In this document: piece after piece, positions 47,404-57,299 of the stretch
Numbering within the stretch: the stretch's first letter is position 1
Layout: each line of letters starts with the position of its first letter
Origin: Lachnospiraceae bacterium
GTDB lineage: Bacteria > Bacillota > Clostridia > Lachnospirales > Lachnospiraceae
DNA: 64,000 bases
Direction of reading: 5' to 3'
Assembly (NCBI GenBank): GCA_017472605.1
Contig: JAFUPV010000012.1
Location: 470 to 64,469, forward strand
Notes under the pieces: model-generated
Told to the model about the DNA's origin: nothing
The model's database searches: none
Seen by the model: the letters and a program-made list of their open reading frames with translations, nothing else
Translations under genes and position numbers: made by a program

Positions 47404-50142
47404 TCAGGACACCTCAAAGCACTTTAATACCGGCTTCGCCAGCAGTCCGGTTCCGTAAATCTGCAGATGGGTTGACGCGCCGTCCTTCCGCTTCCACACA
47501 AGCGTCGTCGACCACTCGATTCGCAGCTGATTTTCTCCGTCTCTCAGCGCATTTGTTACTTCTACCCGTCCCGGAAATCCGGCAATGTATCCAAGATCCA
47601 TGCCATTGACAAACACCTGCGCCACATCGCCGCCGTCCGGAATCGTCAGCCAGTAACGGCAGCCCTCTTCCTTCTTCACTGCAAAGCTGCTGTCATAGCG
47701 ATAGAATCCGGAGAAGGTGGGATCAAAGCGGGGACCGTTCATGTTGGGCAGCTCCCCGGAAGCCTTCAGAGCGGTATATGGTTCAAATTCGCCATAGTGA
47801 AGTTCATCGGCCCGGCTTACCTGCCAGTCCAGATCCAGAACCAATTCCGATTTCAGAACAGGGGCTCTCTGCACCGTTCCTCTTCTGCCGGCCGTTTTTT
47901 CCGCGTTTGCCGCAGCAGATCCCAGGCCTTCTGCACCACGCGCAGCTTCCGCACTCCGTCTTTCTTCGCTGCCCGCATCGGACGTTTCGCTGCTCTTCTC
48001 ACCCACTTCTTCCCCGCATCCGTTCTCCAGCACGCAGAAGCAGGCTTCTCCCGGTTCCAGAGAAAGAGGCAGGCAGTTTCCTTCCATTGCCATGGTCTCT
48101 TCCGTTTCCTTCCACGGATCGTACCAGGTCACGGTCTGCCAGATTCCATGATTGATCTGTACCGTTGTCTGGATCCGCTTCGTCAGGTTCTCATTGAAGA
48201 ACATGTAAACAACGCCGTCTTCCTGCTCCTGGCCCAGGAAACGGAGTCCCGGCTCTGCTGTATTGCAGGCGATCTGTGTCTTTGTGTCCCAGCCGATCTG
48301 TTCCGCCAGACGATCCAGCTTCACCATGCGGACTGCTTTCGCAAATCCGTCCGGCAGCGGTTCCAGACAGGTATCGCTGACCGGAAGACCGTCCACCGCA
48401 TAGACCTTCAGTCCCGCTTTCGCCGCTTCGATCACAAATTCCGCCACCGAACGCTTCAGACATTCCGCATAGGGCAGAACAAGACAGCCGTAGCGCATCT
48501 GATTAATCACCAGACAGCCGTCCTCCACCGACGCACTGCCGGCATCGCCCATCACCAGCACATCCGCCGGAATCACATCACAGTCGATCTGCGCTTCCAT
48601 CAGTTTGCGCATGGGCTTCTGGAACAGCTGCATCTTTTTGCCGCTCCACTCTGCCTCCGCGTGATACAGCACCGCCGCGTCACAAAGCGGCTGACCGCCG
48701 CTCAGAAGATGGCAGGCGCGCTGCATGTATTTCATCAGCTGGGCAAAGGCTCCAAACTGGGGATTGTTTCCTCTCGCATAGAAATGGGGCGGACAGTCAC
48801 GGTCCGGATAGGTCATGGAAAAGGCATGGGGTGTGAAGATGTTGATACCCCGCACCAGCATGTGATTGGTCAGCCACTTCATGAAGGTGACGCCTTCTGC
48901 CCAACCATAGTTGCCAAAAATCTCACAGAGGGCGCGGTTTTTCTTTTTGGAATCGATGTGTGCCGCGGAGCTTCCCAGCTTTGCAAGGCCGAAATGGAAA
49001 AACTCTCCGTCACTGTCTCCGGCGATCCACTGATGGACCCGGCCGGTAAATCCGGGGACAATCTGGTGATGCACCACATCAATGCCGGCCATGTGCTGAC
49101 CCTTCATTTCTTTGAAATAGTGGCCGATGCTGCTGGCCAGTCTTGCGTGGGCGTTGTCGTCCTCGATGATGTGACCGATATATTCCACGCCGTGCTCCTG
49201 GCACCAGCCCCCCACCTGAGCGGAAAAGCAGGTATAGACCAGATCGGTCAGATGCTCCATGTATTGGCTGCGCACCCGCCCTGTCTTCTCGCCCATTCCG
49301 TACCAGAGCGCCGGAAGATTTCTTACAAAGTCCGACTTCCATTCGCCTCGAAGAAGCGTTTCCAGCTGACTGCTCCACGGCAGGCGGACGTCCCGTTTTC
49401 CCAGTCCGGCGTCAAAGGGATAGCCATTGATGTTTCCCAGCTCCGGCTCGTCGGAGAAGAATCCGGCAATCACGTTGCCAAAATATTTTTCATAGCGCTC
49501 GTAGTGCTTTTCATAGACCTCATCGATCAGAACACGGACCGAGCGGCTGTCAATCAGATTCATGTAATGGTCTCTGCCGCCGCCCTTCTGAGTGGTGAAC
49601 AGAATGAACAGACGGTAGGCTCCGGCGGGCAGATCAAAGAAAACAAATCCGTCTTTGTAGTTTGCCGTCAGATCAATGATCCCTTCTCCGCTGACATCCA
49701 GCGTCTCCGTATCCGGCTTGGGACATGCCAGGATTCCCAGCAGTTTTCCGTCCGGCATCAGAAACGGCTCTACCAGAACCGCACTGTTTCTGCAGGGACC
49801 CATGATATCCATGTGGCGTTCCGCCAGATAGACCTTCTTTAACTCCGGCTGACGCTCAAAACCGCCGTTGGCATAGCCGGTAGGGAATTTCTTATCATCC
49901 AGGATCCAGATTTTCATTCCCCGCCGTTCCAGCTCCGGCAGCAGAAAGTCCATGGCTCTCCACCACTGGGGACCGCAGTAATCCGGATGCGGCCTGGATT
50001 CCAGACAGATCTCGCGGATCCCGCATTCTTCAATTTTGTCAAGTTCGTCGGAGAGGGTCTGATTATCCTCTCCCTTCATCCAGAGGAACGGCAGAATATA
50101 GCTGCCGCATGCTCCTTTGCGTAAATCATCCAGTCGTTTCAT
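47404..50142 (-). CDS. GH106-like (alpha-L-rhamnosidase-type) glycoside hydrolase
   Basis: LESRPHP, WILDDKKFPTG, GFFSDEP, IGHIIED, ALCEIFG, RGINIFTPHAF; C-terminal beta-sandwich. Confidence 0.7.
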   Translation of the reverse strand: MKRLDDLRKGACGSYILPFLWMKGEDNQTLSDELDKIEECGIREICLESRPHPDYCGPQWWRAMDFLLPELERRGMKIWILDDKKFPTGYANGGFERQPELKKVYLAERHMDIMGPCRNSAVLVEPFLMPDGKLLGILACPKPDTETLDVSGEGIIDLTANYKDGFVFFDLPAGAYRLFILFTTQKGGGRDHYMNLIDSRSVRVLIDEVYEKHYERYEKYFGNVIAGFFSDEPELGNINGYPFDAGLGKRDVRLPWSSQLETLLRGEWKSDFVRNLPALWYGMGEKTGRVRSQYMEHLTDLVYTCFSAQVGGWCQEHGVEYIGHIIEDDNAHARLASSIGHYFKEMKGQHMAGIDVVHHQIVPGFTGRVHQWIAGDSDGEFFHFGLAKLGSSAAHIDSKKKNRALCEIFGNYGWAEGVTFMKWLTNHMLVRGINIFTPHAFSMTYPDRDCPPHFYARGNNPQFGAFAQLMKYMQRACHLLSGGQPLCDAAVLYHAEAEWSGKKMQLFQKPMRKLMEAQIDCDVIPADVLVMGDAGSASVEDGCLVINQMRYGCLVLPYAECLKRSVAEFVIEAAKAGLKVYAVDGLPVSDTCLEPLPDGFAKAVRMVKLDRLAEQIGWDTKTQIACNTAEPGLRFLGQEQEDGVVYMFFNENLTKRIQTTVQINHGIWQTVTWYDPWKETEETMAMEGNCLPLSLEPGEACFCVLENGCGEEVGEKSSETSDAGSEERRSAEAARGAEGLGSAAANAEKTAGRRGTVQRAPVLKSELVLDLDWQVSRADELHYGEFEPYTALKASGELPNMNGPRFDPTFSGFYRYDSSFAVKKEEGCRYWLTIPDGGDVAQVFVNGMDLGYIAGFPGRVEVTNALRDGENQLRIEWSTTLVWKRKDGASTHLQIYGTGLLAKPVLKCFEVS

Positions 50143-50297
50143 CCCAACCTCCACATCCTTTTTCCGCAATCACATATCCCCATAATCGGGAATCCGCTCA
50201 GAAAGAAACGGCCTGCCATCCCGATTCTCCATTCTGTCTCTATGGTAACAGATTTTTATTCATTCCGAAATGGAATAAGTTATCCAGTTCTATTATT

Positions 50298-53012
50298 TTA
50301 TTTCACAGGTACAAAAAATTCATAGGTACCGCTTCCAACGGTCTCACAATAGCTTCCGTCCTCGCTGCGCAGTACCGCCGTGGTGTTGGGCGGGATTACA
50401 GCAATAACCCGTGCATGATCGCCTTCCCGCTTCCAGTTCACAGCCATTTTTCCATAGGGGTGCATGGTTTCTGCGCTGCAGAAGTCAATTCCTTCCGCAA
50501 TATGCGGACAAATGGTAATCTCCTGGAATCTGCGGTGGGTACGGATGCTTCCGATTCCGCCAAGACCGGCATAAAACCATTCATCCAGGCTTCCCAGCAT
50601 CAGATGGTTCTGGGATCCATGAGGTTTACCGGGCTCCGGTCCGTCCCAGTCTTCTGTCAGTGTCGTTGCACCGTTCACCACCTGATAGCCATAGCCCGGT
50701 GTCTCTGTGATATTTGTCATCAGATTCAGCAGATCGGACATGCCGTGTTCCATGAGGGCTGCCACCAGATAGGGATGTCCCACATCACCCGGTGTGATGG
50801 CATAATTGCGCTTCACTACGTCATTTTTCAGTTGCTGGATTGCCTTTGCCTGATAGTCTTCTGGTACCAGCCCGGCCATCAGACTCATGGACTGGCATGC
50901 CTGGCTTCCGTTGGCATAGCGGCCGGTCTGGTTGTCCAGAAACTGCATGTTATACTCTTCGTAAACGAACTGACGCTGCTTCTCCCAGTATGCCGCATCT
51001 TCTGTAAGTCCAAGAAGAGCAGCCGTCTCTTTCATGACGGTCAGGTCGATGTAATAGATGGTGGTTGCGGTCACAGGAATCGGCGTGTTCTGGGAATTGG
51101 GCGGACAGGGGCCGATGTCCAGCCAGTCGCCAAGCCCATGGTGCAGAACTCCATGCCAGGTCCGGGAGGTCAGGTAGTCCACATAGTTCTTCATGGTTGG
51201 ATACCACTTTTTCAGCACGCGTGTGTTTCCATATTTACAGTATAAATGCCATGGGTTCAGGACGCATGCACTTCCCCATTCCGGAGAATCCAGGAAGCCT
51301 TCATGCCACTGTTCAAATCCGGTCACATATTCCGGACAGATATCGGCAACCAGACCGGTCTCTCTCTGGGAATCTGCCATGTCCTGCTCAATCTTCTCAT
51401 AGAGATTGGACAGATCCCAGTTGCACAGCATCGCCGGACCGATCAGGTGCGTCTCCTCCATCCAGGGCAGCTTCTCACGCTGAGGACAGTCGGTAAAATA
51501 GCTCTTAATGTTGGACAGCATCGCCTGACGGATCAGCGCGTGAATCTGATTGAACAGCTCATTGGAGCAGGTGAAATGGCCGGTCTCCTCCATGTCCGGA
51601 TAAATGAACTCGCCGGTCAGCTGCTCCAGAATGGGAACCGCGGCGCAGTTATCTGCGCTGCCGCCTGTTGCAAATGTGCTTCCTGTCCCTGCACTGCCGC
51701 CTGCTGCAAGCGTGCTTCCTGTCCCTGCACTGCTGCCTGCTGCATGCACGCTTCCTTCTGCAAGCTCTCCTGCCGCTGCGCCTTCCACCCGCACATACCG
51801 GAATCCTGTGTAGGTGAAATCCGGCGCAAATTCCTGAACTTCCTGTTCATTGCAGAGATAATTCCACTCGCATCCGTTTCGTGTGATCTGCTGATTGATG
51901 TTTCCGTCATCCGCCAGAAGCTCTGCCGGTTTCATGGTGATCTTCGCTCCTGCCATTTTTCCGTTTGTTCGGATGCGGATCCGGATGCGGCCGGAGAAGT
52001 TCTTTCCCAGATCATAGATGAACACGCCCGGCTCCAGCTCCTTCACGGAAACCGGCTCATAGCGTTCCATCACGCGAAGAGGCGGAATCGCAGCCGCCCG
52101 CAGCACAATCTCCGGTGCTTCTGCGGTGGATACCGGCTGCCAGCTCTCATCCTCCGCAAAGTCCGCTTCTGATGTCACTGCCACCGGAATTCGTCCGTCA
52201 TAATCCTCGCCGCCATACACACAGCAGAACTGAATCGGGCTCGACCCCTGCTTCCAGCTTTCATCGGTACCGATCCGCACGCTGCTTCCGTCTTCAAAGG
52301 TCACACGAAGCTGTGCCAGAAGCTTTCTCTTTCCGAAGCTGCGCGGCCAGTACACATAGCGTCCGCCCGGCACGTTGTACATGCCGTCACCGATCTTCAC
52401 ACTGATTCCATTGTCCCCTTCCTTCACCAGTCCGGTTACATCATAGCAGGAATACATGGCACTCTTCCGGTAATCCGTCCAGCCCGGCTCCAGCACAGCA
52501 TCGGTCACTGCCTGCCCATTGATCCAGCACTCATGCTGGCCAAGGCCGCAGGCATAGAGCTTCGCTGCCTTTACCTTCCTGTCCAGCGCAAATGATTTTC
52601 GCATCAGATGGTACGTTCCGTCTTCCGCCTCCGTGATCCATTTTGCCTTCCAGTCCTCTTTGGAATAAAAGGCCGTTTCAAACCAGTCAACGCTGCTGGA
52701 TACGGCTTCTTCCTGATTCTCCGCAAGCACATCCACCTTCCACAGATACCGGGAATCGGATTCCAGAGCAGCGCCCTCATAGGGAACCATGTTCATCGTT
52801 CTGCTCATGACCATTCCGGAATCCCATACCGGTGCAGAGACAGGTTCCTCAAAGCCCCATGCTCCCGATTCTGTTTTCCACACCCGGATCCGATACCCTG
52901 CCTGATACCAGTTTCTCTCCTCCGTTTCCACTCGCCAGGAAAACACCGGCGCCTCCACATCCACACCAATTGGATTTCTCATATTTTCTACCCGCAGCTG
53001 CACAATTTTCAT
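50298..53012 (-). CDS. GH78 alpha-L-rhamnosidase family
   Basis: LEPGWTDY, YDLGKNFSG, YTGFRY, TDCPQREKLPW, TTLTEDW, SQNHLMLG. Confidence 0.9.
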   Translation of the reverse strand: MKIVQLRVENMRNPIGVDVEAPVFSWRVETEERNWYQAGYRIRVWKTESGAWGFEEPVSAPVWDSGMVMSRTMNMVPYEGAALESDSRYLWKVDVLAENQEEAVSSSVDWFETAFYSKEDWKAKWITEAEDGTYHLMRKSFALDRKVKAAKLYACGLGQHECWINGQAVTDAVLEPGWTDYRKSAMYSCYDVTGLVKEGDNGISVKIGDGMYNVPGGRYVYWPRSFGKRKLLAQLRVTFEDGSSVRIGTDESWKQGSSPIQFCCVYGGEDYDGRIPVAVTSEADFAEDESWQPVSTAEAPEIVLRAAAIPPLRVMERYEPVSVKELEPGVFIYDLGKNFSGRIRIRIRTNGKMAGAKITMKPAELLADDGNINQQITRNGCEWNYLCNEQEVQEFAPDFTYTGFRYVRVEGAAAGELAEGSVHAAGSSAGTGSTLAAGGSAGTGSTFATGGSADNCAAVPILEQLTGEFIYPDMEETGHFTCSNELFNQIHALIRQAMLSNIKSYFTDCPQREKLPWMEETHLIGPAMLCNWDLSNLYEKIEQDMADSQRETGLVADICPEYVTGFEQWHEGFLDSPEWGSACVLNPWHLYCKYGNTRVLKKWYPTMKNYVDYLTSRTWHGVLHHGLGDWLDIGPCPPNSQNTPIPVTATTIYYIDLTVMKETAALLGLTEDAAYWEKQRQFVYEEYNMQFLDNQTGRYANGSQACQSMSLMAGLVPEDYQAKAIQQLKNDVVKRNYAITPGDVGHPYLVAALMEHGMSDLLNLMTNITETPGYGYQVVNGATTLTEDWDGPEPGKPHGSQNHLMLGSLDEWFYAGLGGIGSIRTHRRFQEITICPHIAEGIDFCSAETMHPYGKMAVNWKREGDHARVIAVIPPNTTAVLRSEDGSYCETVGSGTYEFFVPVK
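51655..51762. repeat. 3 x 36-bp in-frame repeat encoding a Gly/Ser/Ala/Thr linker
   Basis: gcactgccgcctgctgcaagcgtgcttcctgtccct units; protein AAGSSAGTGSTL / AAGGSAGTGSTF / ATGGSA. Confidence 0.9.
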
Positions 53013-53183
53013 CTGGATTTCCTCCTTACCTTTCGATCTCGCAATCTCGCATGCGCGTCATACAACAATTCATCTGCTGACTGCAAATGAACTCTTGTAC
53101 ACTGCGCAGGCTTCTCCCGCTCCCGCAGCGCCCGCCAGAGAGCATACAGGCATCCCGCACGGCTCACTGACTGCGTAACATAA

Positions 53184-53212
53184 AGGGGAGCAGAACCACC
53201 GTCTGCTCCCCT
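53184..53212. terminator. Hairpin after the SBP gene
   Basis: AGGGGAGCAGA/TCTGCTCCCCT inverted repeat. Confidence 0.6.
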
Positions 53213-53294
53213 CTGCATCACTCCTTCAGAAAAGGAGCTTTTTCTTAAATTTCATTTGCTTCGTTCAAATTCCGAATCAATCATCCAATCGAAA

Positions 53295-55007
53295 TTACTC
53301 AACTACGGAATTCTCGTTCAGCATAGCGATGGTCTCGTCGAAATCTTCGTCGGTCTGAGACTTAACTGCTGCAACATATGCTTCCCAAGCTGCATCATCT
53401 TCAACATCCAGTTCGCCGGTGATGAACTTCAGAGCTTCGCCTCTTGCATAACCTTCACATACGGAGGTCAGGTTAGACTTAGCGGTAGACTGATCGGAAT
53501 CAAGGTTGGTAACTGCAGGTCTGTCGAACGGAGATACGGAATCAACACCGCCAAGACGGTCGGACTCGATCCAGTACTTTCCATCATAGTAGCCATCGTC
53601 TGCGCTCCACCACGGCTCGGTTGTTGCGGAAACCTGTACCAGTGCGGAGAAGTTCTGCGGAACGAACGGGATACCGGTACGGCATACGCAGGATGCAGCG
53701 GTACCATAGAGAGCACTCTCAGTTGCCGGGCTGTCAGCGTTCAGGATGGAATCAACGAAGGTCAGAGTTCCGTCTTCGTTTGTCTCATAGGTAACGCCCT
53801 CAACACCCCAGTTGATCAGAGTGGTCATCTCATCGGAGTACTGATAGTCGATCATAGCAACCAGATATTCCGGATACTCAACGTCAGCATCGATAATGAT
53901 ACCCATCTGCGGGTTCAGAGACTTGCCAGGAAGCTTGGAGCCCCACTTCCACGGTGTTCCATAGGTGTCATCCTTCGGCAGGTATGCAAGACCCCACTCA
54001 ATGCCGGAATCTTCCGCAGCAGCGGTTGTCCAGCTCTGAGCGGAACCGGACCACAGGGTCGGGCAGATCAGAGCCTTACCGGTGGAAGCCTTCTCGTTTG
54101 CAGCGTTTCCGTCAGCAGTTCCGAACTCCGGATCAATGTATTCAGCCTCATACAGGCCGTTCAGGTACTTCAGCATCTCACGGAAGTTGTCCTCGATCGG
54201 TCCGAATGCCCACTCGGTTCCGTTCCAGTACAGAGTATCCCATGTGTGGAAGATACCAACGAATCCACGGTAGAACGCATAGTCCTTGGTGGAGTTCATG
54301 AGAACGTAGTCAGCGTCAACAGCGTCAGCATCGATCAGAGCCTTCAGGTCTGCACACAGCTGGGTGAACTCATCCAGAGTGGTAGCCGGAGTCAGATCGT
54401 TGTTCTTCAGAACGTCGAAACGATATGCGAATGCGGTGAAGGACTGAGCGCCCATGATGTCATCTGCATTGTTGATCGCATCGATGAAGTAGTACATGGA
54501 ACCATCCGGATTCTTTGCAACAGCCTCTCCGTTCGGATGACCGTCTACATAATCCCAGTAGTACTTAATGTAATCCTGATAATCAGCGATGTTCAGAACA
54601 ACCTCGTCCTCGCCGTACTCATTAACCGCTTCCTTGTAGGAATAGGTATTGATATCAGCGATATCATCAGCTGCCAGAAGGATCAGCTCGTTGGATCTGT
54701 AGTCAGCCCATGCGGTACGGTTGAAGGTAACCTCGATGTCAACACCAAGATAGTGCTCCATTGCCTGCTCCCAAAGGGTCTGAACCATGGTTCCGTCGGA
54801 AGACTGGTTGAAGTCTGCGATGTTCGCTTCGATCTTCAGAACGCCGCCCTCGATCTCAGGAAGCTCAAAACCGTTGTCAGCTGCGGTTGCCCATGTGCTG
54901 AAATCAACCTCCGGTACCTCGATATCCTGAGGAGTGGTAGCAAATGCGGACATTCCGCTCATTACCATTGTTCCGGCAAGGATACCAGCAAATAATCTTT
55001 TCTTCAT
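53295..55007 (-). CDS. Carbohydrate ABC transporter solute-binding protein
   Basis: Start MKKRLF with RBS GGAGG; signal peptide; NWGVEGVTY; follows two permease genes. Confidence 0.88.
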   Translation of the reverse strand: MKKRLFAGILAGTMVMSGMSAFATTPQDIEVPEVDFSTWATAADNGFELPEIEGGVLKIEANIADFNQSSDGTMVQTLWEQAMEHYLGVDIEVTFNRTAWADYRSNELILLAADDIADINTYSYKEAVNEYGEDEVVLNIADYQDYIKYYWDYVDGHPNGEAVAKNPDGSMYYFIDAINNADDIMGAQSFTAFAYRFDVLKNNDLTPATTLDEFTQLCADLKALIDADAVDADYVLMNSTKDYAFYRGFVGIFHTWDTLYWNGTEWAFGPIEDNFREMLKYLNGLYEAEYIDPEFGTADGNAANEKASTGKALICPTLWSGSAQSWTTAAAEDSGIEWGLAYLPKDDTYGTPWKWGSKLPGKSLNPQMGIIIDADVEYPEYLVAMIDYQYSDEMTTLINWGVEGVTYETNEDGTLTFVDSILNADSPATESALYGTAASCVCRTGIPFVPQNFSALVQVSATTEPWWSADDGYYDGKYWIESDRLGGVDSVSPFDRPAVTNLDSDQSTAKSNLTSVCEGYARGEALKFITGELDVEDDAAWEAYVAAVKSQTDEDFDETIAMLNENSVVE

Positions 55008-55132
55008 ATAGTTTCCTCCTTCTGCCGTTTTGCGGCAAATTATTTTTATTTTCTTACAGCTGCCGCCGATGCGGCAGAATAAAAACAAAGTTACAGATTT
55101 GCGGGCGTTTCTTTGCCCAAAATCAGATGGGA

Positions 55133-56032
55133 TTAACCCTTGACCGCACCTACCTGAACACCCTGTGCGAAATATTTCTGCAGGAACGGGTAGATGACCA
55201 TAACCGGCAGCGCGGTTGCAACTACGCAGGCGTACTGAACGTTCAACGGGTTCAAATCACCGTTGCTGAGCATTTCCGTTGCAGTGACCATGTCACTGGT
55301 ACCGGCGGTGAAGATGATCTTTCTCAGAACCATCTGAATCGGATACTTGGCCTCATCGTTAATATAGAGAAGAGCGCTGTAGTAGCTGTTCCACTGACCA
55401 ACGATTGCAAAGAGTCCGAAGCTTGCGTACAATGCCTTGGAAAGCGGCACATAGATCCGCAGAAGAATCTGGAACTCACCGGCTCCGTCAATTCTCGCCG
55501 CCTCACGCAGTTCATGGGAAATTCCGTTGTAGAACGCGCGGTATACGAATACATTATATGCGGACAGACAGCCCGGCAGAATCAGTGACCACCAGGAATT
55601 CATCAGATCCAGGTCACGGATCAGCAGATAGCCCGGTACGATACCGCCGCTGAAGAACATGGTGATCAGCAGCATGATGGAGAGGAACTTTTTCAGGACA
55701 AAATCCGGAACCATCATAACATAGGCCATCAGAGAGGTCATGGACAGATTGCAGATCATGAATCCGATACAGATGATAATCGTGTTCAGATAGGAACGCC
55801 AGATTCCGGCTTCCTGGAACAGAATCTCATAGCCCTTCACATTGAATTCTTTCGGGAACCAGCTTACCTGACCGGTTGTGATCTTTGAGTTACTGGATAA
55901 TGAGATTGCAATTACATTCAGAAACGGGTAGATGAAAATAATGGACATAATCACGAAAAACAGAACCAGAAGGATGTCCACGAAACGGTTTCCGATGTAA
56001 ATCTTATTTTTTACCTGATTTTTCTTAGCCAT
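55133..56032 (-). CDS. Carbohydrate ABC transporter permease
   Basis: FSGGIVPGY, ELREAARIDGA, WNSYY. Confidence 0.93.
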   Translation of the reverse strand: MAKKNQVKNKIYIGNRFVDILLVLFFVIMSIIFIYPFLNVIAISLSSNSKITTGQVSWFPKEFNVKGYEILFQEAGIWRSYLNTIIICIGFMICNLSMTSLMAYVMMVPDFVLKKFLSIMLLITMFFSGGIVPGYLLIRDLDLMNSWWSLILPGCLSAYNVFVYRAFYNGISHELREAARIDGAGEFQILLRIYVPLSKALYASFGLFAIVGQWNSYYSALLYINDEAKYPIQMVLRKIIFTAGTSDMVTATEMLSNGDLNPLNVQYACVVATALPVMVIYPFLQKYFAQGVQVGAVKG

Positions 56033-56045
56033 TTCTCATTCCTCC

Positions 56046-57002
56046 TTACCACAGACTGTTTTCCGGAGCCATCCTGCGGACTACCATGTTGGTACACCAC
56101 ACGAAGATGAAGCTGACAACTGACTGGAACAGGTTAATTGCTGTGGAATAGCTGAATTCCGCTTTGCTGATACCCTGATAGTGAATGAAGGTTGCAAGAA
56201 CATGAAGCTCGTTCTTATTGGTATCATTCTGCATCAGAAGAATCTTCTGGAAGTCAACACTCAGCACGTTACCGGCATTCATGATCAGCAGCGTGGTTGT
56301 TGTCGGCATAATTGCCGGCCATGCGATGTGACGGATCTTCTGGAGACGGTTTGCGCCATCCAGATTCGCTACGTCATAAAGCGAGGTATCCACATTGGAC
56401 AGGGCTGACAGATAGATGATGGAGCCCCAGCCGACACCCTGCCAGAGTGCAGAGCCGATGTACTCCCACATGAAGTACTTTGTTCCGCTGTTCATGTCCA
56501 CACGTGCCATTCCGAGGAACTCACGGATGTCGTTAAACAGACCGCCGAGGGAACTGAACTTGTTCAGCATGGTACATACAACCACAACAGAGATGAAGTG
56601 GGGAATGTAGGATGCTGTCTGAGCGACACGTTTGAAGCGCTTTGCCTTTAACTCATTGAGCATCAGCGCAAAAATAATCGGAGCCGGATAGGTAAACAGC
56701 AGCGTCAGTGTACCAACTTTAAAGGTGTTGATGATGATCTGCTGACAGTTCACATTTTTGAAGAAACGGATGAATTCCTTAAAGATCGGATCATTCCACT
56801 CACTTCCCAGAATGCCGCGCTTCGGTTTATAATCCTTAAACGCGATCAGGATACCATAAATCGGAACGTATTGGAAGATGATCAGAAGTGCGACCGGCGC
56901 TGCAGCCATCAGAACAAGCGCTTTCTGTCTCCAGAGTTTCTTCCAGAAACGCTGCTGGCTGACGATCAGACCGGAGGCTTTGTTATTTCCCTTTTTTTCC
57001 AT
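56046..57002 (-). CDS. Carbohydrate ABC transporter permease
   Basis: LYDVANLDGA, WGSIIYLSAL. Confidence 0.93.
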   Translation of the reverse strand: MEKKGNNKASGLIVSQQRFWKKLWRQKALVLMAAAPVALLIIFQYVPIYGILIAFKDYKPKRGILGSEWNDPIFKEFIRFFKNVNCQQIIINTFKVGTLTLLFTYPAPIIFALMLNELKAKRFKRVAQTASYIPHFISVVVVCTMLNKFSSLGGLFNDIREFLGMARVDMNSGTKYFMWEYIGSALWQGVGWGSIIYLSALSNVDTSLYDVANLDGANRLQKIRHIAWPAIMPTTTTLLIMNAGNVLSVDFQKILLMQNDTNKNELHVLATFIHYQGISKAEFSYSTAINLFQSVVSFIFVWCTNMVVRRMAPENSLW

Positions 57003-57135
57003 ATGTACCTCCCTGCAATTTTATTCCCGAGGGAAACAATCGATTTGTGCTTTCTGTCCTGTTTCCAAACCGTCAGACAGCACCGGTAGATTGCTCACTG
57101 TAACAAGTATAGGTCATTGTGTACATTTTTTACAT

Positions 57136-57168
57136 GGAATTTTTCCAGTCTTTTATGGAAATTTTCGC
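57136..57168. promoter_or_regulatory. Direct repeat with 21-bp spacing, candidate AraC/YesN activator site
   Basis: ATGGAATTTTTCC and ATGGAAATTTTCG; next to a weak -35 (TGTAAA) 17 bp from TATACT on the minus strand. Confidence 0.5.
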
Positions 57169-57299
57169 ATACTCTTCCCATCTTCCAACTTCAATTGTAC
57201 TTTTTCCATATTTTTTGTAAATCCTTCCATAACCCAGTTTGGCACTTTTATGGTAGAATGTACCTTAATATAAGGTACCTTACTCAGTCAGGAGGCGCT

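Noticed and set aside
53040-53180. Second dispersed repeat family (hairpin TTCAT..ATGAA with CATCTG..GACTGC, loosely like 37740-37795)
   Set aside because: The shared sequence is too short to distinguish from chance without a genome-wide search
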